Part shown: positions 42,254 to 58,372 of the stretch, one piece after another | Numbering within the stretch: position 1 is the stretch's first letter | Layout: the number at the start of each line of letters is the position of its first letter | Origin: the human T2T-CHM13v2.0 reference genome, Homo sapiens | DNA length: 64,000 nucleotides | Direction: 5' to 3' (one strand) | Assembly: GCF_009914755.1 (NCBI RefSeq) | Contig: NC_060925.1 | Notes under the pieces: generated by a model | Database searches by the model: none | What the model was told of the DNA's origin: nothing | Seen by the model: the letters and a program-made list of their open reading frames with translations, nothing else | Position numbers and translations under genes: made by a program

Positions 42254-42719
42254 TCAGGATGTATAATTACATGGCCAAGATGGAAACCAGAGACGTGTAG
42301 ACAGAAGGAAATGTTTGGTCAATGGGAGGGGCCAGGTTGTAATGGGAACCTTGTGTCTAATCCAGGGTCACGGAGGAATTTATTAAGGGCCTTGAGCTGA
42401 TTAGGATGTGCCTGAGACCAAAAGGTAGCGTAAAATGTTTAGAAATGGACTTCTTATATCAGTTCTTATATTTTAATGATTTTTTCTGTCTTATTCAAGA
42501 CTTGCAGCTTCACTTTACTAGTGATATAAACACAAAATACATTATGCTACTACTTTCTAGGGTATTTGTTTCAGTTTTGTTTCCCAATTTATCTCATCTA
42601 ATAAATATTTTGCAGCATATAAGCTTGAAAGGCATTAAATTAATGTTGATTACCTCATCACCTCTCTCTAAGTTAGACTTTTGCTAAAATAATGACATCC
42701 GTAAGAGGTCTTTCTTATA

Positions 42720-43150
42720 TCATTCAGAGTCAGGAGATGTTGCTGAAAGTACCCGCAAAGGTGTGGGCAAGCAATGCTGAGGTGCCGAGAGACTTAGTAG
42801 CAGCAGGAAGCTGTGAATTTCCCTAAGCAGGAGGAGCATGGAATGGGGAGGGCATGGCCAGTGTCCAGTGAGAACAGAGAATGCTCTAGGGTTCTGGGGC
42901 CGGACTTGGAGCTGTGCAGAGACCTGGGATCTACCAGAGATGCAGCCCCCAAGTACATGGGGTAGTGAGGAAGCCCTCTGGTCTCTCTTCTCCCATTCTT
43001 TTACTCTTTTCTTGTTCCTTCCACTGGCCCAAAAAACTGAACGCCAACAGGCAAGGGATCCCAGGTGAAGCCTCACAGGAGGCTGACCTCCCAGGACTTA
43101 CATCAAGGCAGGTAAGACTGGAAAATATTCAGAGAGGCAAAATAAGGGGG
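42720..43150 (-). mobile_element. LTR33-like ERVL LTR
   Basis: gaggtgccgagagacttagtagcagcaggaagc...cactggccc...ggcaagggatcccaggtga...gacctcccagg. Confidence 0.6.
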
Positions 43151-43849
43151 TCTAAATTCCAATGTACTTCTCAAGGTTGGATGCCTCAGATATTTTACTA
43201 ACTTACTTTTTCTTCCCAAATCTCCTTCACTGAATGTGTTTTGAATATCCTCCTCATCTTATTTCCTTTTTACTCAGCAAACTTTTGTGTATATTGATTT
43301 TTGTTAATTTGGAGGGACATAATGCTGAATATAAATAATAATTATGATAAAATATTATAATTTTTATTAAAATCAAGATAGAAATTGATTTGTTAACCTA
43401 CTTATCTACTAGTCTTTTAACATTATTAAACAATCAAAAATTCTGGTATTGATTTGTTCTTTAAAAATCATGTTTATTACTTCTAATTGAGTTAACTTAT
43501 TGGTTTTTCAATTTTTGAAAAAATGATAAATTTCCAGAATTGTCTTTGTTTACTTCCATAAAATTAAGCACTGGCTTTTCCCACTATCTCCTTTTTTATA
43601 TCTATATTCTGTATCTTTCAAAAAATGTTTCTTATTGTTAAAGATGGTAACAGCCACTTTAAATTTCTATAGATATTTAGATTTGTAAATATGTCTTTGA
43701 ATAATAGATATTTTAATAACATTTTTATATTCAATATATTTAAGTGATAGTAAATACACTAAAGATACACTTGAAACATGAATTAAATCTTACTATGTGT
43801 TTATTCAACAACCATCTATCTATTGAGCACCCACACTGCACACGATGTT

Positions 43850-44070
43850 AATGGCTGGCATTTCCTGAGTGTTTAACATGTGCCAGACACTGTGCTAAAT
43901 ACCTTCAAGGGATTATTTCACACTCTCACGATAACACTGTGAAGTAGGTTTTATTATTTTCACAGTTGTTTCTTGAAGAAACTAAAGCAGAGTGCAGTTA
44001 AATGCCATGCTTAGGTTCCCAAAACTAGTGAATAATTGTTATTTTAACCCAAAGAGTCTGAACCTCGAAA
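43850..44070 (-). mobile_element. MIR
   Basis: tgtgccagacactgtgctaaatac...ataacactgtgaagtaggttttattatt...gaaactaaagcagag. Confidence 0.75.
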
Positions 44071-44163
44071 CAATTTTTCGGTCTTTATGTACCTGATGTG
44101 GTTTACAAAGAATAATAAAGAACTTCTCTGCCTCAATTGAACTTACGTCCTCTCGGCATAGAT

Positions 44164-44383
44164 CAAGGATGAACAACCTACAGCCCAAATCTGGTTTTAT
44201 ACTTGGTTTTATAAATAAAGTTTTATTGAAATGCAGCCCCACTCATTTGTGTATGTATTTTCTGTGAATGGTTTTGTTTTTGCTACAAGGGCAGAGTTGA
44301 ATAATTATGACAGATACTTTATACTTGCAAGGACTAAAATATTTACTGTATGACCCTTTACAGAAAAAGTTTGCCAGCCTCTG
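44164..44383 (+). mobile_element. MER58A (hAT-Charlie)
   Basis: taaataaagttttattgaa...ccctttacagaaaaagtttgccagcctctg; 8-bp TSD gcatagat/ccatagat. Confidence 0.9.
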
Positions 44384-44529
44384 CCATAGATGTCTACAGA
44401 AGTAATTACAAAATAAGGCAGTCTGTGTTCAGCATTATTAAAGGAAAAAACATGTAGTTGAACTGCAAAGAGCAAATGATTAATTACAGTTTGAAAACAT
44501 GATGAGTGGGAAGCTTTTATGAAGATAAC

Positions 44530-45022
44530 TGTATTAGTCAGTGTTCTTCAGAGAAACAGAAAAAATACAACATGTACAGACATAGAAGAGGTTATTCATT
44601 AGGGGAATTGGCTGAGAAATCTCATGATATGCTGTCTGCAAGCTGGAGAACCAGGAAAGTTGGTGGTGTAAATCAGTCTGAGTCTGAAGGCTTGAGAACA
44701 AGGAGGGCTGTTGGTGTTAAGTCCCGGAGTCTGAAGGGCCCAGAATCTGGAGTCCTAATGTCTGAAGGCAAGAGATGATGTCCTAGCTCCAAAAGGTGGA
44801 GTTAATTTATCCTTCCTCCACCTTTTTGTTCTATCCAGGCCCTGAACAATTTGGATAATGCCATTCACATTGGTTAGGGTGGATCTTCTTTATTTAGTCT
44901 CCTGACTCAAATGCTAATCTCTTCGAGAAACACCCTCTTAGACACATCCAGAAATAATGTTTTGCCAGCTATTTGGGTATCCCTTAATCCAGTCAAGTTG
45001 ACACATAAAATTAGCCATCACA
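44530..45022 (-). mobile_element. MLT2B-type ERVL solo LTR
   Basis: tgtattagtcagtgttcttcagagaaacaga...agtcaagttgacacataaaattagccatcaca; 5-bp TSD ataac. Confidence 0.9.
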
Positions 45023-45595
45023 ATAACATTATGACTTGAACCTTGAAAAGTGAGTGGAACTCTCAAGCATTTACATTTACCATAAGCCAGTGCCCTGGAG
45101 TATAAACCAAGTACCATGACTCTCTTCTATCTTAAAGATTATTAAGGCAACTCTTTTTTCTTTCTTTCTTTCTTTCCTGTCACTACCCCTGCCAGAACAA
45201 CAATCCCAAAGTATTTCCAGTATTCTCTCTTAAAAGACCAAAAAATTCTACCAGCAAGATGTCTCATTGTCCTCGCTGAAGTGTTCGAGAGATAGGCAAG
45301 CAAACAGGGCTCTTCTCCCTCAACTGCAGATCCTGATAATTTCAACAAGGAGGTGGAAAAACCCTGTTGTTCCCGAGCTTATGTTTTTGTCCAATTCTAC
45401 ATTGCTTGTTATACTTCTAGGACATGCATATCTTCTGCTTCTGACTGTGATGCAACCTGTTACCCTTCTGATGGCTGAACCTCAAAGTAGTCTTCCCTTT
45501 TTTCATAAGAATTAGTGACAGTCCAATATTTTTGATTAACATAAAAGTTATTTTTGAACTTAGATTATTTTTTACAGAATACATCTCTTTGGAAG

Positions 45596-45688
45596 ATTTA
45601 CAAAGATTTATAAATACACAATGCAATATATAAATACAATGTACTCATAAACATACAATGCATTGTGTATTTAAAAATGTTTGTAAAT
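45596..45688. repeat. Inverted repeat, 30-bp arms (28/30 matched) with a 33-bp spacer
   Basis: atttacaaagatttataaatacacaatgca ... tgcattgtgtatttaaaaatgtttgtaaat. Confidence 0.9.
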
Positions 45689-46825
45689 TGCCACCTCTGT
45701 AAGGTGGCAGAGAGCATGCTCAGAAAAGTCATTATCAGAGCCATTTCTATTGACTAAAATATAACCTCCAAAGAATCAACTGTCAGAACAAGAGGAAACA
45801 AAGTGGGAAACCACAGAGACCAGGGAAGGTATGACCCTGTAATCCCCTTACTTGTAGTGTCTACTTGGTCAGAGTGAATGCTTTACTTACTCAGCTTTGA
45901 CTTCGTCCATTTGTTTTACTTACTATGTATTTCCAATTCGCCAGCCATTGCTAAGTGTGCAACACAGCCCTCATTTCCTAAGATATATGAATTCCACTTT
46001 AAAACAGAGTTATGCGAAACTTAAAAGGAAATAGTTTGTTGAGCAAGGATGTGAGTCAGCAAAAACTAGAAGGTGAAGAGAAAGGCTGAATTGTCAGTAG
46101 GAGGGGCACCTTGGCTCTAAGTCCAATCAAAGTTTACTTCTTTGGAAACAAATGAGAGTTTAACAGGAAGACCATTTCAATTAGGGCCAAGACATAGAAG
46201 AGTATGGCATAAATGTGGAGTACTGCCATGACAAAAAGATTTGGGGAATTACAACACATTTTCTTGACTTGTGCAGACTCATTCCACTAATCAAGTAAAC
46301 CCAAGTAAATGATTAGTGCAATGGAAGTGTAAATACAGTTGCAATTCTCAAATTTACTACTTGTTAGTTCTTGCTATTGGCCTAATTTTGATGCTTAGCC
46401 ATTAGTTATATACAAGTCAATGAAGATGACTTTTACTGTAGGCATCAGAGTTTAAATTAAAAAACAGGAAAAGACAAAGGACCACATGCCTGGGAAGTTG
46501 GGCTGAGAATATGGGGATTAAATCTAGAACTACAGTTGAAGGACCCAGACTGTCTTCTTTGACTTCTAGCATAGCCTCTGATAAGGCAGTGGATAGTGAA
46601 ATAGGTTGGCTTCTCCCAGTTGTCTTTATTTCCCATTGCTGTTTCTACCATCTCCTAAGCAAAGTCTGAAAGAACTAGGAAAAGAGAGAAAGCAGAAGCC
46701 TTGATCATTCCAAAATGTAGGAGTACAAATTTGTATTTCCACTTGTAACTGCTGTGTTTTTCTGGAACCTTTTATAAAGTTGTGGTTAAAGATGAATGCT
46801 TCCCTATAACTTCATTTCTTATACC

Positions 46826-47277
46826 TGTGGATACTCACAGCTGCCTGCCAAATTTTGTTATCTCCATCTTCTATGGCAGTAGAGTAATTACCGTGTACTT
46901 GGCTGTCCAACAAGGCATTGAATTTCCAGGCCCACCTTTCCTTTAGGGGTGGCCCTGGGACTAGGTTTCCACCAATGGAATGTAAACCCAATTGATGCAA
47001 AACATTTTTGCCTCCCATCTCTCTTTGACCCTAGGCTTCAACTCTGCCCCTTCCAGCTAGCTGGGATGATAATGCCCAGATCAAACGTGACAGGCACCCA
47101 CTGAAGGTGGGAAAGACAGCCCGAATTCATGAATGAGCACATCAAGCAAAGCCATCCTCCAACATGGAGTATTCACCTCAGCCTGTCAAGGGAGAGAGAA
47201 TAAGCAAATTTGCTCATAAGCCACCTTGTACTTAGGTCTTTTGTGGCAACAACTTAGCCTTTCAACCTAACTCATGC
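46826..47277 (+). mobile_element. MLT1J-like MaLR solo LTR
   Basis: ttaggggtggccctgggactaggtttccaccaatggaatgt...gagagagaataagc...taagccac...ttagcct...cctaactcat. Confidence 0.7.
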
Positions 47278-47664
47278 TATGCTCATTTACATTTAAAGAA
47301 GACACGATAAAACTCTGTTTTACAATATATTTTAAAATCATTTTTTTCTCTTAACTGAAACATGCAATCAACTATTACTGAGTAAAGCAGAACTCTTCAG
47401 AACAGCAGAACATAAAGTATCTACTTCCTTTTTATTTTTTTTCTTTTTTATTTTATTATTATTATACGTTAAGTTTTAGGGTACATGTGCACAATGTGCA
47501 GGTTAGTTACGTATGTATACGCGTGCCATGCTGGTGTGCTGCACCTATTAACTCGTCATTTAGCATTAGGTATATCTCCTAATGCTATCCTTTCCCCCTC
47601 CCCCACCCCACAACAGTCCCCAGAGTGTGATGTTCCCCTTCCTGTGTCCTTGTGTTCTCATTGT

Positions 47665-51488
<3,824 letters not shown>

Positions 51489-51551
51489 TATGATGTTAGC
51501 TGGTTATTTTGCTCATTAGTTCATGCAGTTTCTTCCTAGCCTCAATGGTCT

Positions 51552-52569
51552 TTACAATTTGGCATCTTTTTGCAGTGGCTGGTACCGGTTGTTCCTTTCC
51601 ATGTTTAGTGCTTCCTTCAGGAGCTCTTTTAGGGCAGGCCTGGTGGTGACAAAATCTCTCAGCATTTGCTTGTCTGTAAAGTATTTTATTTCTCCTTCAC
51701 TTATGAAGCTTAGTTTGGCTGGATATGAAATTCTGGGTTGAAAATTCTTTTCTTTAAGAATGTTGAGTATTGGCCCCCACTCTCTTCTGGCTTGTAGAGT
51801 TTCTGCCAAGAGATCTGCTATTAGTCTGACGGGCTTCCCTTTGTGGGTAACCCAACATTTCTCTCTGGCTTCCCTTAACATTTTTTCCTTCATTTCAACT
51901 TCGGTGAATCTGACAATTATGTGTCTTGGAGTTGCTCTTCTCGAGGAGTATCTTTGTGGCATTCTCTGTATTTCCTGAATCTGAATGTTGGCCTGCCTTG
52001 CTAGATTGGGGAAGTTCTCCTGGATAATATCCTGCAGAGTGTTTTCCAACTTGGTTCCATTCTCCCTGTCACTTTCAGGTACACCAATCAGATGTACATT
52101 TGGTCTTTTCACATAGTCCCATATTTCTTGGAGGCTTTGTTCATTTCTTTTTATTCTTTTTTCTCTAAACTTCCCTTCTCGCTTCATTTCATTCATTTCA
52201 TCTTCCATCACTGATACCCTTTCTTCCAGTTGATCACATCGGCTCCTGAGGCTTCTGCATTCTTCCCATAGTTCTCAAGCCTTGGCTTTCAGCTCCATCA
52301 GCTCCTTTAAGCACTTCTCTGTATTGGTTATTCTAGTTATACATTCGTCTAAATTTTTTTTCAAAGTTTTTAACTTCTTTGCCTTTGGTTTGAGTTTCCT
52401 CCTGTAGCTCAGAGTAGTTTGATCGTCTGAAGCCTTCTTCTGTCAACTCGTCAAAGTCATTCTCCATCCAGCTTTGTTCTGTTGCTGGTGAGGAACTGTG
52501 TTCCTTTGGAGGAGGAGAGGTGCTCTGCTTTTCAGAGTTTCCAGTTTTTCTGCTCTGTTTTTTCCCCAT
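51552..52569 (-). pseudogene. L1 ORF1 pseudogene (frameshifted)
   Basis: MGKKQSRKTGNS... (52333-52569) and ...RPALKELLKEAL (51552-52211) lie in different frames. Confidence 0.95.
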
Positions 52570-53151
52570 CTTTGTGGTTTTATCTACTTTTGGTCTTTGA
52601 TGATGGTGATGTACAGATGGGATTTTGGTGTGGATGTCCTTTCTGTTTGTTGGTTTTCCTTCTACCAGACAGGCCCTCCACTGCAGGTCTGTTGGAGTTT
52701 GCTAGAGGTCCACTCCAGACCCTGTTTGCCTGGGTATCAGCAGTGGTGGCTGCAGAACAGCAGATTTTCATGAACCGCGAATGCTGTTGTCTGATCATTC
52801 CTCTGGAAGTTTTGTCTCAGAGGAGTACCTGGCCATGTGAGGTGTCAGTCTGCCCCTACTGGGGGGTGCCTCCCAGTTAGGCTGCTCGGGGGTCAGGGGT
52901 CAGGGACCCACTTGAGGAGGCAGTCTGCCTCTTCTCAGATCTCCAGCTGTGTGCTGGGAGAACCACTGCTCTCTTCAAAGCTGTCAGACAGGGACATTTA
53001 AGTCTGCAGAGGTTACTGCTGTCTTTTTGTTTGTCTGTGCCCTGCCCCCAGAGGTGGAGCCTACAGAGGCAGGCAGGCCTCCTTGAGCTGTGGTGGGCTC
53101 CACCCAGTTTGAGCTTCCCAGCTGCTTTGTTTACCTAAGCAAGCCTGGGCA

Positions 53152-53529
53152 ATGGCGGGCGCCCCTCCCCCAGCCTCGCTGCCGCCTTGCAGTTTGATCT
53201 CAGACTGCTGTGCTAGCAATCAGCGAGACTCCGTGGGCGTAGGACACTCCGAGCCAGGTGCGGGATATAATCTCCTGGTGCACCGTTTTTTAAGCCTGTC
53301 AGAAAAGCACAGTATTAGGGTGGGAGTGACCCAATTTTCCAGGTGCCATCTGTCACCCCTTTCTTTGACTAGGAAAGGGAACTCCCTCACCCCTTGTGCT
53401 TCCCAAGTGAGGCAATGCCTCGCCCTGCTTTGGCTCACGCATGGTGCGCTGCACCCACTGTCCTGCGCCCACTGTCTGGCACTCCCTAGTGAGATGAACC
53501 CGGTACCTCAGATGGAAATGCAGAAATGA
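53152..53529 (+). CDS. L1 antisense ORF0, open for 125 codons
   Basis: MAGAPPPASLPPCSLISDCCASNQRDSVGVG is the known ORF0 N-terminus; strong Kozak context gcaATGg; expression not shown. Confidence 0.55.
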   Translation: MAGAPPPASLPPCSLISDCCASNQRDSVGVGHSEPGAGYNLLVHRFLSLSEKHSIRVGVTQFSRCHLSPLSLTRKGNSLTPCASQVRQCLALLWLTHGALHPLSCAHCLALPSEMNPVPQMEMQK

Positions 53530-53584
53530 CATGTCTTTGGGGTTGCTCACGCTGGGAGCTATAGACTGGAGCTGTTCCTATTCA

Positions 53585-53593
53585 GCCATCTTG
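53585..53593 (-). promoter_or_regulatory. YY1 site of the L1 internal promoter
   Basis: caagatggc on the minus strand at the L1 5' end. Confidence 0.7.
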
Positions 53594-54039
53594 GCGCCCC
53601 CTCCCCCCATCTACTTCCTTTTTAAAATTTAGTCTCTTAGTCTTTGCAAAATCTAAATCCTACACCTAGTCTTAATAATGATTTTTATTACTATGCAAAT
53701 ATCCCCTAAGTTTAATGTGGACTCAGAACTTGTATGGCCTCCCTTTTTAGATCTCCTGCATGAAGGTACCTATGAATAACCATAGCTAACTGTGGCTTCA
53801 ATTCCTACCTGACCCACCAGTAGTACCAAATGTCCCCAGAAGTCTTCAATCATTGTTCCCCTCAGTCTTAAGTTATTCTGAAGCAGTAGAAATAGCTTCC
53901 TTGTTTAGGAAACTTTTTTCAAAATAAATTTTAAAATGTCAAAAGGGTTTGATTTGCATAGTTGAATTAAATTACAGAAATAACAAAGAATGCAACTTCT
54001 ATCATGAGCATTGGTGTACTATACCATCACAGAAAACCA

Positions 54040-54183
54040 TTCCCTTACTTGTTTATCTTCCATGATAAAAATACCTGAAGTCAAGGAATAGGTCTGTCTC
54101 GTTTGTCATTTTTCTCCCAAGCACCTAGCACAGAGGCTGGCCAATGTAGACACTCATTAAATGTTTATTAAATGAATGAATAA
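54040..54183 (+). mobile_element. L2a 3' end
   Basis: gcacctagcacagaggctggcc...cactcattaaatgtttattaaatgaatgaat. Confidence 0.75.
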
Positions 54184-54436
54184 TGCTGTTTTTTTTTTTT
54201 CTCGGGAACAAGGTCAATAGCCATTTTTACTGATGCCAAGTCCTTGTGAAGGTGTTGAGTATATATAGTTTGGTTCTGGCAACAGATAACAGGCATATGG
54301 CAATGGGTGTGACATGAATATAGAATGTGCTTTGGACTGCTCATGATTGATTACTGCTTCCAAAGGTTACTACTTGAGACAGGGAGAATCACAAGTGAGA
54401 ATTCACTCAACACTTCTGGATTTTTTAGATCCTAGA

Positions 54437-54803
54437 TGCTGTTGTCTGAATATTTGTCCCTTTAATTCTAAGCACATATATTGCAATTCCAACACCAATG
54501 TGACAGTATTAAGAGGCGATGCTTCCAGAGTTGATGATGTCTTGAGGGCTTAGCCCTCATGAATGAGATTTGTGCTCTTATAATAGTGGCCCTATAGAGC
54601 TGCCTCAACCCTTCTACTGCATAAGGACACAGCAGAAAGGTGCCATCTATAAACCAGGAAACAGATCCTCATCAGACATCAACTCTGCCTGGTGCCTTGA
54701 GCTTAGGCTTCCCGGCCTCCAGAACTGTTAGAAATAAATTCTGTTGTTTATAAGCCACCCAGTCTATGGTATTTTGTTATAGCAGCCCAAATGAAATAAG
54801 TCA
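54437..54803 (+). mobile_element. MLT1A0-like MaLR solo LTR
   Basis: tgctgttgtctgaatatttgtccc...gcctccagaactgttagaaataaatt...tataagccacccagtctatggtattttgttatagcagccc. Confidence 0.9.
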
Positions 54804-56379
54804 TTAATTATGGTATTTATGCTTCTTTAGGGTCTATTACCTGGCCTGATGCCATCTTCAGGCTTAGTACAGATGGTTAGCGTATTTAAAGATAGTTCAT
54901 AGATAGGATCAGTGTCTCTTCACAGTTATCAATTTACTTTCATTCTCTTTCCAAACACTTTGGCAAAATGTGGCCCAGTGATTTGACGTGACTTTGTTTC
55001 CACAGGGAAATTGACTAGTGATAAAACTGGTTAGTAAATTCTACTCTAACTAGTATCAGAATTACAGTAGCTCCAATGAATTCAACTCCTTTTAAAAAAT
55101 TATCGATGCTTAAACTGTTTTTGCCTAGTTATGATCTCTACTTTGCATTTTGCATTCTCACTCTGCTTTTCTCTTGGCTCTCAGAAAGAGAGAGTGGAGC
55201 TAACGATCCAAAACATGAAAATAAAAACTTAAAAAGAGTCAAGATAAAGGATGCTCCAGGAACTAGTGATCATGCTAGGGCACTAACTGGCAGACAGGAT
55301 GTACTGCCAATGGCCAGTTGCTAATTTGGGTTGGCTTGGGTTGACTTGGGTTTCTGCACTCATTTCCTGCAGCAACACTGCTGCCCAACATCAAACAGAT
55401 ACAAAATTGTATTTGTAGAGTGTGATTTATCTCCACTCACCACCACCTTGGGTTTTTCTACTACAACACCATGGCCAAGGCAAAGGACTATGAATTGAGA
55501 AAGTCCAGCCTCATAAAACCCAATTAGAATAGAAAATTAAAGGAGAGGCAAGCAGGACTAGCTGGAAATCAAAACATATGGATCCAGCAGCCTCTGCTGA
55601 AACAGTCCTGTCAGAAGAGAGTAGGTATTAGGGTCTCCTCTAGCTCATTTCTGGAAGGCAAATAATCAGAGTGGTTCAGCACTCCTGTAGTTCAAAAACG
55701 ACTTCCCAAATTTATATTGCCATCAAATTTGACCTGAGCCTGGGGATATTGCTTCCTACCTAAATGGGATTACCCACAAAAGCCTTAATATAGTGCAGGT
55801 CACATAGCAAATTACCAACAAATGCTAGCGATTATCATCAGTGCTGTTATTAATTTTAGCCAGGTGTTCGCCCTCAGGTACTGAGAGGAACCAGTTTTGG
55901 GCTAAGATCCAAGTACCAACTATTACTGTCATCAAACAAATATCTGTGATAGCCTGTGTACAAGACAACCTTTCAAAGGAGTTGAGTCTAATAGGTTTGT
56001 TTTTTTTGTTTTTGTTTTTATGTCTGTTGCCTTATTTCCAGTTGACAGTCCTTGTGGCCAAGATTGGAGAAAATTCCCATTGGAAATATAAGAATTACAA
56101 ATTTTCATTTCATAATGAAAGAAAATGCATGTTTCCAAAAAGCTTCATGGTACTCATATATGTTAAGGGATTTTATTTATCTTCTGCCTACATTTCTTAG
56201 AATCTGTCTTCATAAAATCAGATCATTCAGGAATTGTATGGAGGCAAAAAAAACAGGAAAGAAAAATAACTTCAAGTGTGTGCAAGTAGACACTCAACTC
56301 ATTAGCAAGCAATATCCAGAAAAGACAGTTACCATATGGACTGCTATTACTGAAAAACTTCTTTCTTCTATCAAGGGGA

Positions 56380-56960
56380 GGGGCCGCTAAGAGGCTCAGG
56401 GATGGTTCTTAGAATGAAACATCATGCTTATTCTGGAGCAAGTTCTCCACTCCCCCAACCCCCACCAACCCCCGCCCCGTCTGCGAGAGGCTGTTGCCTT
56501 TAAGGCTTCATTTTCTTTGTGAGCCTTTCTGAATGTTAATGTCTTTGCGACTCATTAACGGGGTTAGTTGTTTTGCACTCTGAGCACCAAGACATCTCAT
56601 CAGGATGAACTGGGGCAAGGCAGCCTCCAGAAACACACCTGGGTCTCTGGGCAGTCATCTGCAGGCGATTGCCTCCAGGTGTTTGCCAGTGGGAACCCAT
56701 TGAAAGTCGATGCAATTTAGAGCAATTTCTCTGGCAGTGGAAATTAACCTGCAGGAATCTGCCGGCAACAGGTGTATTTTAGGGCAGACATACCAGCGTC
56801 CTGCACTGTGGAGACAGGACTTTGACTACCAGGTGTAGTGCAGAAGGCTGGATAATTGGAGGAGGCAGAAAATTAGTGCAGAGAAGATGGCCAAATTGCA
56901 GGTCAGCATGGTTTGGTGTAATTATTGGTTAACCCTCTCCTGTCTGTTAACCAAAAACTA
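56380..56960. promoter_or_regulatory. Candidate enhancer (GC box plus clustered CAGGTGT E-boxes)
   Basis: Non-repeat, locally GC-richer block with retained CpGs; CCCCGCCCC at 56470; four CAGGTGT/ACACCTG sites within ~200 bp; motif-only inference. Confidence 0.35.
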
Positions 56961-58244
56961 CTTGTGTGTTTGAGGAACCAGGAAATCTGCACTGAAGGGA
57001 CAAGAATTATCACTCCCTGCCCAAGCCAACTGAATTTTTTGATAGCTAAGGTTTTCAGCAAATTGTTTTTGGTTTAGTGTTTGATACTCAGACGATTGCC
57101 AGGAAAACACAGGAAGAAGTGAATTTTAAGTGCTTGAAAGCCTCCTGACTCAGAAACAAACCTAATTTTACCTAGTGTGTTTGCCACTTTTTATCTCTTT
57201 TGAAAAGACTTATAGGGAGGAATGTACATAATCAGGAAAGGGCATCTATGCTCTGTACCTCCGATTCTCCTTGACAGGTATTTCTACCTTTGTTTTTCTT
57301 CTTTATGGGCTCACAGTGTGAATCCTTGATATAATTATCTTTTCCTAAGTTTTTAATGTCTATTGTTCCTTCCACTTAACTTAGTTGGTTTAAATAACTT
57401 TGAAATTAAACAAATTAAACAAAGTCCTGAACTGAACAAATTTCTAACTACAACATAATTTTAAACCAAATCTTAATATTGATATAATATCCATGACATA
57501 AAGCAATGGAAACTGTGTGATACAGGCTTTTGGCTCTCTGATCTAAAGTTTATAATATCCTTTGGAAATAAATAAAAATGTATATTATTGCCAAATAAAG
57601 TGCTGCTATAATTAATGATTATTATTAAAGCAGCTAATTTTTTTCTATAAAACCAATTATTTGGCATTTTCAAGGAACTGAACAGGGAAATGGATTTATA
57701 GTTTTGAGGAATATTTACAAAGTGTTGGATAAATAACTTTAGAGGAACATATCCTTTTTTCAATCAACACATACTTATAAAATTTAAATTATAAAAGGCA
57801 AAATAATTGATATTAAAATAAATTATGATTTTAGTCTGTTAAATTTTTTAACATAGTATTTATAACATTAGACAAAATTGTATTTAAGTATTTTATTTAG
57901 TATTTAACTAAGTCTATTTAAGCCAAGATGCCTGCGAAGAAAAATTCCTATTTGGAATTTTTCATAATTTTTGAGGATGAATTAAAAGCAGATGTCAACT
58001 TTGGCACCTCAAAATTTTCATGAGGAAAATTTCCCAAGTCGTTTATATTTGATCCAGAAATCATAATTAAAATGGAATAAAGGAAATGAAAAAATACTTC
58101 ACACATTTTGTTCTCACTAGTCAAATTTCAAAGCAACAGACATTGCAAGACAACTTTAAGAAAACAATTACTGATACTTGTAATTTTGAGTCTACGGAGG
58201 TTAAACATGGTGTTTCAATTTTGTCAAGCTGAATATTTCAGTCG

Positions 58245-58372
58245 AGTAGTTCTCAAAGTGTGGTCCCTGAACCTGCAGGCTAGTATCACCAGAGGTGAGA
58301 AAATAAACCTAGTGGTTTTTGCTGGGAACCCTCCAGTGATGCAGAAGGTGTGCCAAAGTATGAGAATCACTC
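58245..58372 (+). mobile_element. MER5A-like hAT-Charlie element
   Basis: agtagttctcaaagtgtggtccc...ccaaagtatgagaatcact. Confidence 0.7.

Noticed and set aside
55841-56390. 119-aa and 112-aa overlapping ORFs in unique sequence
   Set aside because: Non-ATG starts, low-complexity composition, no recognisable homology and no exon structure.
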